This document shows, one piece after another, positions 25,443-32,000 of a stretch of 32,000 bases of DNA. Source of the DNA: Mycolicibacterium smegmatis. Lineage in GTDB: Bacteria; Actinomycetota; Actinomycetes; Mycobacteriales; Mycobacteriaceae. Below the pieces are notes generated by a model that was given only the letters and a program-made list of their open reading frames with translations, was not told where the DNA came from and ran no database searches. The stretch is taken from the NCBI RefSeq assembly GCF_001457595.1, contig NZ_LN831039.1, positions 2,250,001 to 2,282,000 of the forward strand, written 5' to 3'. The translations under genes and the position numbers were made by a program. Positions within the stretch are counted from its first letter, which is position 1, and each line of letters opens with the position of its first letter.

Positions 25443-26189
25443 ATGATCCAGGCGGTCGATCGCGCCCTCCGGATCCTCACGGTGCTGCAGGGCGGGCGGC
25501 GGATGAGCCTGGGCGAGATCGCGTCCGCCATCGAACTCGCGCCGTCGACCGTCCATGGCCTGGTGCGCACGCTGCTCGCGCACGGCATGGTGCAGCAGGA
25601 GCTGGACTCGGGCCGGTACCGGCTCGGGCCGGCCACCCTGCGTCTGGGCAACGTCTACCTCGACACTCTCGAATTGCGTTCGCGCGTCACGGTGTGGGCG
25701 GAGAGCCTCGCCCGCCGGACCGGATGCGCCGTGCGGACCGCGGTGCTGCTGTTCGACGAGGTCGTCGTCGTCGCACACGAACCGCGTCCCGACGGCACCC
25801 GCCAGATGCCCGAGGTCGGCATCGTGATCCCCGCGCACGCCAGCGCGCTCGGCAAGGCGATGCTGGCCTTCCAGGACGGCTATCGCCCCGAGGCGCCGCT
25901 GCGCAGCATGACCGGCGAGACCGTGACCGACCCCGAGGTGCTGGCGGCCCAACTTGCGCAGGTGCGCGCCACCGGGATGGCTACCGAGGCCGAAGAGGCC
26001 GTGCTCGGTGAATGTTCCAGCGCCGCAGCGGTGTTCGACGCCACGGGCGAGGTGGCCGGGGCGATCGCGCTCGTGGTGCCCGCCGCACGGTGGCCGTTGG
26101 CGCCCGATGCCGTCGACGCGCTGCGCGATACGGCCCGCGCGGTGTCACGCGAACTCGGGGCCACGGTGTGGCCGGCCCGCCGCGCCTGA
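25443..26189 (+). CDS. IclR-family transcriptional regulator
   Basis: AVDRALRILTVLQGGRRMSLGEIASAIELAPSTVHGLVRTLLAHGMVQQEL..., then effector domain (PAHASALGKAMLAF). Start taken as ATG 25443 (MIQAVDRAL). Confidence 0.92.
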   Translation: MIQAVDRALRILTVLQGGRRMSLGEIASAIELAPSTVHGLVRTLLAHGMVQQELDSGRYRLGPATLRLGNVYLDTLELRSRVTVWAESLARRTGCAVRTAVLLFDEVVVVAHEPRPDGTRQMPEVGIVIPAHASALGKAMLAFQDGYRPEAPLRSMTGETVTDPEVLAAQLAQVRATGMATEAEEAVLGECSSAAAVFDATGEVAGAIALVVPAARWPLAPDAVDALRDTARAVSRELGATVWPARRA

Positions 26190-26203
26190 TTGCGTTTCTG
26201 CGT

Positions 26204-26260
26204 CGAGAGCGACGAAAACGTCGTCACGACGCACTCGCAGCGACATTTACGTCGCTCTCG
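26204..26260. terminator. Nested hairpin between convergent genes: CGAGAGCGACG ... CGTCGCTCTCG with inner CGTCGT-C-ACGACG
   Basis: 11-bp perfect outer arms (26204-26214 / 26250-26260) and a 6-bp inner inverted repeat, in the gap between convergent stops at 26189 and 26264. Possible bidirectional terminator. Confidence 0.5.
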
Positions 26261-26263
26261 GCG

Positions 26264-26458
26264 TCAGTCCTGGCTACTCATGCGGTCGCCGACGAACTCC
26301 AGCAGTCGCGGATCCGGTGAGGTGAAGCGGTCGACCTCCTCGCCGCCGTCGCAACGCAGCAGTGCGATCGTCAGGCCGTCGCGGGTGCGGGCAACCACCT
26401 GCCAGTGACCGCCGGAGTCCTCCCAGCGCTGCAGATCCGCGACACGATCAACCGTCAT
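26264..26458 (-). CDS. Small conserved hypothetical protein (64 aa)
   Basis: MTVDRVADLQRWEDSGGHWQVVARTRDGLTIALLRCDGGEEVDRFTSPDPRLLEFVGDRMSSQD. Divergent from the DUF488 gene. Confidence 0.65.
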   Translation of the reverse strand: MTVDRVADLQRWEDSGGHWQVVARTRDGLTIALLRCDGGEEVDRFTSPDPRLLEFVGDRMSSQD

Positions 26459-26477
26459 GCTCCTACCATTGCACGGC

Positions 26478-26837
26478 ATGGCCTCCAAGCATGAAGTGCG
26501 GTTGGCGCGGGTGTACGAGGAGCCCGAACCGGGGGAGGGGCACCGCGTCCTCGTGGACCGGCTGTGGCCCAGAGGGCTGCGCAAGGACGATCCGCGGATC
26601 GGGCAGTGGCTGCCGGAGGTCGCGCCGTCCACCGGATTGCGCCGCTGGTACGGCCACGCCCCTGAGCGCTACGACGAATTCGTCGAGCGTTACACCGCCG
26701 AACTGGAGACACCCGCTGCGGCCGCGGCGCTCGACGAGTTGCGCGGCATCGTGCGTGCCGCGCCCGTGGTGTTGGTGACGGCAACCAAGGAGATCGAGCT
26801 GAGCCACCTCTCGGTGCTGGCCGGCCTGCTCGCCTGA
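26478..26837 (+). CDS. DUF488-family protein
   Basis: [32 protein letters not shown]...[20 protein letters not shown]. Confidence 0.9.
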   Translation: MASKHEVRLARVYEEPEPGEGHRVLVDRLWPRGLRKDDPRIGQWLPEVAPSTGLRRWYGHAPERYDEFVERYTAELETPAAAAALDELRGIVRAAPVVLVTATKEIELSHLSVLAGLLA

Positions 26838-26868
26838 CGGGTGCTGGCCGCCGTCTCGACCGGGGTGG

Positions 26869-26887
26869 GAAGGTAAAGCTACCCTCA
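26869..26887. promoter_or_regulatory. Candidate IdeR (iron) box upstream of mbtK: GAAGGTAAAGCTACCCTCA
   Basis: 13/19 match by hand to TTAGGTTAGGCTAACCTAA, 26 nt upstream of the mbtK start. Confidence 0.55.
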
Positions 26888-26913
26888 CCCGCTGCGGTAG
26901 GCTCGTCGCTCAA

Positions 26914-27561
26914 ATGACCGACATCAACACCGACACCGACGAGGCGCTCGAACCTGTTCTCAAGCGCGAACTGACGGACATCTCCGACGCCGTGCGCGCG
27001 GTGCCTGCGCCCCCGGTCCCGGTCCTCGCCGAGCCGTACAGCATCAGGCTTGCCGACGCCGAGGCCGACTGTGAACTGGTGTCGGAGTGGATGAACCGTC
27101 CACACCTCGTGGAGGCCTGGGAGTACCCGTGGCCGCCGCAGCGCTGGCGTCGTTACCTGCAGGCGCAACTCGACGGCGAGTACTCGCGCCCGTTGATCAC
27201 CGATTTCCGCGGCAAACCGGCCGGCTACGTCGAGTTGTACCGTGCGGCGAAGGATTCCATCGCGCCGCGGTATGCCGCCGACCCGTATGACATCGGGATG
27301 CATGCGGCGATCGCCGATCTGCGGTTTGTCAACCGCGGGATCGCCCCGATCCTGTTGCCGCGCATCGTGGCCAGCGTGTTCGAGCTCGAACCGGATTGCA
27401 GGCGCATCATGTTCGACCCCGACCACCGCAACACCGGCGCGCGGCGCCTCTGTGAGTGGGCCGGCTGTGCGTTCCTCGGCGAGCATCAGATGTCCAACCG
27501 CCGCATGGCGCTCTACGTGCTGCCCCGCACACCCGACGACATCCCTGAATCCGCCGCTTAG
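26914..27561 (+). CDS. mbtK: Mycobactin lysine N6-acyltransferase
   Basis: GNAT-like siderophore acyltransferase: [35 protein letters not shown]...[30 protein letters not shown]...[31 protein letters not shown]. Beside mbtN/M/L. Confidence 0.93.
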   Translation: MTDINTDTDEALEPVLKRELTDISDAVRAVPAPPVPVLAEPYSIRLADAEADCELVSEWMNRPHLVEAWEYPWPPQRWRRYLQAQLDGEYSRPLITDFRGKPAGYVELYRAAKDSIAPRYAADPYDIGMHAAIADLRFVNRGIAPILLPRIVASVFELEPDCRRIMFDPDHRNTGARRLCEWAGCAFLGEHQMSNRRMALYVLPRTPDDIPESAA

Positions 27562-27567
27562 GCGTTA

Positions 27568-27698
27568 CGTAGCACCGCGAGCGTGCGCGTCTGCCGCTCG
27601 ACACACCGCAAATCAGCAGCAGTCAGCGCACTTTCGTAGCACCGCGAGCGTGCGCGTCTGCCGCTCGACACACCGCAAATCAGCAGCAGTCAGCGCAC
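27568..27698. repeat. Two tandem copies of a 64-bp identical sequence with 67-bp period
   Basis: cgtagcaccgcgagcgtgcgcgtctgccgctcgacacaccgcaaatcagcagcagtcagcgcac at 27568-27631 and 27635-27698, separated by 3 nt. A third, inverted and diverged copy lies at 27716-27776. Confidence 0.9.
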
Positions 27699-27811
27699 CT
27701 TCGCGGCCCACGAACGTGCGTCAACTGCTGACCAAACACGGCATGTCGACAGGCAAACACGCACGCTCGCTGTGCTGAGAGACCACCTGCCCAGCGGTGC
27801 TGAGAAGCCAC

Positions 27812-28996
27812 CTACACAGCGTCAGGGCCGGCGAACTCGGCGTATCCGTCGTAGTCGGGCTTCATCGCGGCGGCGACGAGTTCCCACAGCACCTCGTCGG
27901 TGCCGCCGCCCACGCGTGCGAGTTTCATGTCGCGCCACCACTTGCCCAGCGGGGTCTCGTCGACCAGATAGCCCGAGCCGCCGAAGATGTGCATGCACTC
28001 CGAGATCACCTCTTCGCCGAGGCGGGCCGCGGTGACCTTGAACGCGGCCGCGGCGCGCAGGTCGAGCTTGCCGCCGGCGGCGATACCCGCAAGGCCGTAG
28101 CGCAGCATGTCGACGCGGGCCTGCAGGTCGGCCATCCGCATCCGCAGGGCCTGGTGCTCGTAGAGGGTGTGTCCGAACTGCCGGCGTTTCATCATGCGCG
28201 CCAGCGTGATTCCGAGGATGCGCTGTGAACCCGAGGCGACCTGCCCGGCGATCGACATGCGTTCGTGGGCCAGACCCCACGAGATCGCCGCGAGGCCCGT
28301 TCCGGCGCGGGCCACGAGGGCCTGTTCGGGCACCCAGGTGTCGATGTGCACCGCGGCGGTGTCGAGCGGACCGGCACCCACCTTGCGGTACGGCGTCTGT
28401 ACCTCGCACTGCGACGTGGGCACCGCGATCACCAGCACGTTGCCGTGCCTGCTCGTCGGGTCGTGGTCGACGCCGCGCGCCACCACGATGATGTGGTCGG
28501 CGATCGGCGAGAGCGATACGAACTTCTTGATGCCCTTGACTTCGAAACCGCCACGCGCGGAGCGCACCTCGGTCTCCACGATCTGCAGATCCGAACCGCC
28601 GGACTCCTCGGAGGCGCCGATGCACAGCACCGCCTCGCCGCGGATGGCCTGCTCGCAGATGTTGCGCAGGTAATCCGACCTGCCGAACCGGCGCAGCACG
28701 CAGATCGCCGAATCGTGCAGGCTCACACCCACACCGATGCCCGCGGACCCGAGCCGTCCCAGCGAGAACGCCAACTCGATCAACTTGGCCACATCGGGTT
28801 GCTGAGCGTCACCCCACTTCTCGGTGAACACGCCGTTGCGGCCCAGGTGTTCGATGAGCTGACGCGGAAAACGTTCGGTCTCTTCGGCTTCGGCGGTCCA
28901 CTGCGTGACCTGATCGTCGAAGACGCGGTCGAGGAGTTCGCGATACTCCTCGACGGTCGTGGTCGACGGCGTCAGCGCCGGTGCTGAGGCGGTCAT
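27812..28996 (-). CDS. mbtN: Acyl-CoA/ACP dehydrogenase of mycobactin acyl-chain synthesis
   Basis: Acyl-CoA dehydrogenase fold ([78 protein letters not shown]). Start ATG 28996 overlaps the mbtM stop. Confidence 0.92.
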   Translation of the reverse strand: MTASAPALTPSTTTVEEYRELLDRVFDDQVTQWTAEAEETERFPRQLIEHLGRNGVFTEKWGDAQQPDVAKLIELAFSLGRLGSAGIGVGVSLHDSAICVLRRFGRSDYLRNICEQAIRGEAVLCIGASEESGGSDLQIVETEVRSARGGFEVKGIKKFVSLSPIADHIIVVARGVDHDPTSRHGNVLVIAVPTSQCEVQTPYRKVGAGPLDTAAVHIDTWVPEQALVARAGTGLAAISWGLAHERMSIAGQVASGSQRILGITLARMMKRRQFGHTLYEHQALRMRMADLQARVDMLRYGLAGIAAGGKLDLRAAAAFKVTAARLGEEVISECMHIFGGSGYLVDETPLGKWWRDMKLARVGGGTDEVLWELVAAAMKPDYDGYAEFAGPDAV

Positions 28997-30573
28997 CCTT
29001 TCGATTCCTCCAACTGTCGTTTGACCTCCAGGCGGCGCAGCTTGCCCGAAGAGGTGCGCGGGAGTGAGCCGGGCGCCAGGAACACCACATCGGCGGGGAC
29101 GACGCCGCATTCGGAGGCGACGCGCTGCACCACCTCGCTGCGTGCTCCGGCTTCGTCGGGGCCGCGGAACTCCGCGGCGATCACCAGGCCGGGGCGCACG
29201 GCACGCTCGTTGGTACCGACGGCCACCACAGCGCCTTCGCGAACGCCCTTGACCCGCGCGGCGATCCGCTCGATCTCGGTGGGGAAGATGTTGCGTCCGG
29301 CGACGGTGATCAGTTCCTTCTTCCGACCGCAGATCACCAGTCCGTCGTCGGTGAGGTAGCCGAGGTCTCCGGTGGGGAACCACTCGCCGGGGTCCAGGGG
29401 AGCCTCTCCTCGGTAGCCGGACATCATCGAGGTGCCGCGGATCTCGACCTCACCGACCTCGCGGTCGACGACGCCGGCGTCCTCGTCACCGGGTTGCAGT
29501 CGCACCTCCATGCCGGCGATGGCGTGGCCGAGGACGGCCAGCTTCTGCGTCGACGACCCCGCCTCGGTCGTGACGGTGATCTCGTCGACCTTGAGGCCGA
29601 CGCCGGGCACGGGAACCGTGACGGCGCACGAGGATTCGGCGAGCCCATACGACGGTGACAGGGCCCCCGGATCGAACCCGAACCGGCTGAGTTCGGTGCC
29701 GAACCGTGCGGTGCCGTCGATGTCGACGGGTTCGCCACCGTTGAGGGCGAACCGCATCGCCGAGAGGTCCACGTCGGTGAGCCGGCGCGAGTACTTGCCG
29801 ATCAGGCCGTACGCCATGTTCGGCGCCGCGGTGAGCGTGGCGCGGCTCTCCGTCAGCCAGTGCACCCAGCTGAACGGCGCGGAGGCGAACGCGGTGGTCG
29901 GCGCCTGCCAGGTCTCGGTTCCCCCCACGGCGGCGCTGAGCAGGAAGGTCAGGCCCATGTCGTGGTACAGCGGCAGCCACGAGCAGCCGATGTCGCTGCC
30001 GGCCAGGCCGACCCGCTCGGCGAGGCCGCGCAGGTTCGCCAGCACCGCGTCGGGTCGCAACTGTGCGGTGCGCGGGGTCCCGGTGGATCCCGCGGTGCCC
30101 TGCAGGACCGCGAACTCGCCCAGTGGCGCGCCGAGTTCCAGCGTGGTGGAGCGCTGGGCGTGGGCCACCTCGGCGTCGTCGTGGATCACGAGAGAGCTGT
30201 CACGGGTGCGGAGTTGCTCGAGGTAGGAGCCGTGGCTGAACACCGTCGTGACGCCGATATTGGCGAATCGGTTCAGCGTCGAGTCCGCCCACTGGTCGGG
30301 ATCGGCGCCGCGGACCAGGCCGGGCAGGATCGACACGGCCGACCCGGCGAGCAGCGCACCGAGGATCGCCGCGACGCCCTCGACGGTCGGTTCGCCGACG
30401 ATGCCGACGGCCGAGGAGCCGTCCTGGCCGATGCGCTCGGCGACGTTCTGTGCCCGCAGGTGCACCTGCCCCCACGGATGCCGGTGCCACGTACGGGTTT
30501 CCGGTTCGAACACCACGAGGTCGGCGCTGCTGGTGGTCATGGCCTCCGTCAGCGCCGCGGAGAGCACGTTCAC
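28993..30573 (-). CDS. mbtM: Fatty acyl-AMP ligase of mycobactin synthesis (FadD33)
   Basis: ANL-superfamily motifs: [77 protein letters not shown]. Confidence 0.93.
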   Translation of the reverse strand: MNVLSAALTEAMTTSSADLVVFEPETRTWHRHPWGQVHLRAQNVAERIGQDGSSAVGIVGEPTVEGVAAILGALLAGSAVSILPGLVRGADPDQWADSTLNRFANIGVTTVFSHGSYLEQLRTRDSSLVIHDDAEVAHAQRSTTLELGAPLGEFAVLQGTAGSTGTPRTAQLRPDAVLANLRGLAERVGLAGSDIGCSWLPLYHDMGLTFLLSAAVGGTETWQAPTTAFASAPFSWVHWLTESRATLTAAPNMAYGLIGKYSRRLTDVDLSAMRFALNGGEPVDIDGTARFGTELSRFGFDPGALSPSYGLAESSCAVTVPVPGVGLKVDEITVTTEAGSSTQKLAVLGHAIAGMEVRLQPGDEDAGVVDREVGEVEIRGTSMMSGYRGEAPLDPGEWFPTGDLGYLTDDGLVICGRKKELITVAGRNIFPTEIERIAARVKGVREGAVVAVGTNERAVRPGLVIAAEFRGPDEAGARSEVVQRVASECGVVPADVVFLAPGSLPRTSSGKLRRLEVKRQLEESKG

Positions 30574-30839
30574 TGGTTGCTCTGCTCCGCGGGGATCTTC
30601 GCGAGGATGGCGGCTTCGAGGTCGCCGACGGTGTCGCAGCTCAGCAAATCCTCCTCGGACAGTGCCACGCCCAGCTTGTCCTCGATGGCCACCATGCCGA
30701 CGGCGAATGCCACCGAGTCGAGGCCCACGTCGTCGACGAGACGGGAATCCCGGGTCACCCTGCGGATGTCAACATTCATGTCCTCACGGAGGATCTCGGT
30801 CAGGGCGGCGCTGATCGCATCAGGGGATGTTGACTGCAT
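30570..30839 (-). CDS. mbtL: Acyl carrier protein of mycobactin synthesis
   Basis: 89 aa with phosphopantetheine site [21 protein letters not shown]. Overlaps the mbtM start. Confidence 0.93.
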   Translation of the reverse strand: MQSTSPDAISAALTEILREDMNVDIRRVTRDSRLVDDVGLDSVAFAVGMVAIEDKLGVALSEEDLLSCDTVGDLEAAILAKIPAEQSNQ

Positions 30840-30863
30840 GAGCAGGGACGGTACACCTGAGAG

Positions 30864-30882
30864 TTAAGGTAGGCTAGGCTTA
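30864..30882. promoter_or_regulatory. Candidate IdeR (iron) box upstream of mbtL: TTAAGGTAGGCTAGGCTTA
   Basis: 14/19 match by hand to TTAGGTTAGGCTAACCTAA, 24 nt upstream of the mbtL start. Confidence 0.7.
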
Positions 30883-30898
30883 CCCACCTTCTGTGAGC

Positions 30899-31969
30899 TC
30901 AGTAACTGTGGTAAGCGAGCGCCGTGCTGCCCGACCGGTGCGGACCGTCGATCGTGACCGCCGCGGGCACCATCTCCGCGGTCACCACGCCGTGCCCGGC
31001 CGTCACCTCGTCCACGATCTCGAAACCGGCCGCGATGCGCTCTGGCGTGTCGACGACGACCGTCGTCACCGGCACGTACCGGGCGACTTGAAACAGACTG
31101 TCGCCGTGCAGTTCCCCGTCACCGCAGAACCCCCACACCCCGCGCACCACGGTCGCCCCGCCCGCGGCGCCGGATCCCAGCAGGCGCCGCACCAGGGCGC
31201 GGTGCACCGGCACCCCGTCGTGCAGCGCGGCGCCGGCGGTGTGGATCATCAACTTCTGCCAGATCGCCCGCCCCTGCGTGTCGGTCGCGGGCAGTGCCGC
31301 GGGTTTGCCGATGAGCTTCCCGTCGCGCTTGCACACCTCGGCGCGCTCGACCGTCATCAGGGGACGGTCGAGCAGCGCGGTCAACTCACCCAGCGCGGCG
31401 CCGACCTGTTCACCGGATCCGACCGCGATGATCATCACCGGCACGTGGGTGTTGGGGCTGAAGAACCGGGCCCGGCGCCGCTGGCCGTGGAACGTCCCGT
31501 CCACCCCCACGAACACCGTCGCCGCGGCGAACCCCAGGCGGTGCAGCAGCGCGATCACCGCGCGGTGCGCGGGAGCCCCCGCGACGCGATGGTGACGTCC
31601 GACGTAGATCGTGAGCTTGCTGGTCGACGGGATGGTCGGTGCCGGAGTCGCCGCGGTGACCAACTGGGCGCGCTCGAGGGTGATCAACCCGCGCGGCACC
31701 ATCTCGACGGCCTGCTCGGCGAGCGCCGCGATCGTCGCGGCGGTGTCGACCGCCGCGACCGCCACTGCCGGATCCTCTGACATGGTCAGCGTCTCGTCGG
31801 TACGTATCTGCCTGCTCGGGCCGAAGCCGGCCGCCCCGCGCAGCATCACGCTGGTGGCGACGCCGGCATCGCCGTACAGGTCGAACAGCGCGTCGGCGGC
31901 GAACCGGTCGCCGTGGCGTTGGCGTTCACCGAAGTACCCGGTGAGTTTCAGATAGTCCGCAGTGGTCAC
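30899..31969 (-). CDS. Protein with three tandem DUF190-like domains
   Basis: Three recurring segments: YLKLTGYFGERQRHGDRFAADALFDLYGDAGVATSVMLRGAAGFG..., KLTIYVGRHHRVAGAPAHRAVIALLHRLGFAAATVFVGVDGTFHG..., KLMIHTAGAALHDGVPVHRALVRRLLGSGAAGGATVVRGVWGFCG.... Confidence 0.8.
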   Translation of the reverse strand: MTTADYLKLTGYFGERQRHGDRFAADALFDLYGDAGVATSVMLRGAAGFGPSRQIRTDETLTMSEDPAVAVAAVDTAATIAALAEQAVEMVPRGLITLERAQLVTAATPAPTIPSTSKLTIYVGRHHRVAGAPAHRAVIALLHRLGFAAATVFVGVDGTFHGQRRRARFFSPNTHVPVMIIAVGSGEQVGAALGELTALLDRPLMTVERAEVCKRDGKLIGKPAALPATDTQGRAIWQKLMIHTAGAALHDGVPVHRALVRRLLGSGAAGGATVVRGVWGFCGDGELHGDSLFQVARYVPVTTVVVDTPERIAAGFEIVDEVTAGHGVVTAEMVPAAVTIDGPHRSGSTALAYHSY

Positions 31970-32000
31970 AGCCGACCTCCCAGGAACACGCCCAGCCCGG
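31966..32000 (-). CDS. C-terminal end of an upstream gene, probably CrcB-family fluoride channel
   Basis: Only ...GLGVFLGGRL* is visible; stop overlaps the DUF190 gene start. Assignment rests on the usual crcB-DUF190 linkage. Confidence 0.4.
   Translation of the reverse strand, partial: GLGVFLGGRL

Noticed and set aside
27568-27776. CRISPR array interpretation of the repeats near mbtK
   Set aside because: Only two direct copies, 64-bp units with a 3-nt gap and no spacer-sized unique DNA, and no cas genes in the window.
27242-27778. 178 aa ORF running through mbtK and the intergenic repeats
   Set aside because: Out-of-frame Arg/Ser-rich translation; the tail simply reads the tandem repeat twice (VRVCRSTHRKSAAV).
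28997-29383. 129 aa N-terminal extension of mbtN ORF
   Set aside because: Overlaps the well-supported mbtM; start at 28996 gives the normal protein and a 4-nt overlap.
1-32000. Transposon, prophage or toxin-antitoxin island
   Set aside because: No transposase, integrase, phage structural gene, tRNA attachment site or small TA pair recognised; gene content is ordinary metabolic and regulatory chromosome.

Overview
This 32 kb window is high-GC actinobacterial chromosome. Gene content and synteny suggest a fast-growing Mycolicibacterium, M. smegmatis-like (inference; no database was searched). I found no phage, IS element, CRISPR array, rRNA or tRNA.

Contents, left to right:
(1) A minus-strand operon: M20-type hydrolase fragment, SsuC/TauC-like permease, ABC ATPase and LLM flavin-dependent oxidoreductase, next to a MocR/GntR-aminotransferase regulator.
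(2) A stand-alone LigD-type polymerase/primase (PolDom).
(3) A secreted DUF4185 protein, a TetR regulator, and a divergent metal-dependent hydrolase / membrane protein pair.
(4) A DUF2993/LmeA-like protein, a secreted chorismate mutase, and two adjacent proteins sharing a related C-terminal domain.
(5) A cupin gene that appears to be broken by two single-base frameshifts.
(6) A PTS locus: EIICB, EIIA (crr), nagB, nagA and a large LuxR regulator.
(7) A dihydroxyacetone-kinase locus: a fused DhaM-HPr-full-length EI, dhaL, dhaK, an MIP channel and an IclR regulator.
(8) The mycobactin acyl-chain locus (mbtK, mbtN, mbtM, mbtL) with two candidate IdeR boxes.
(9) A protein with three DUF190-like repeats next to a probable crcB end.

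The best leads are the clean operator-like palindromes at 2994-3013, 8039-8072 and 25349-25367, the frameshifted cupin, the full-length EI fusion, the paralogous domain pair, and the 67-bp tandem/inverted repeat beside mbtK. I see no convincing evidence for an entirely new defence or mobile system.
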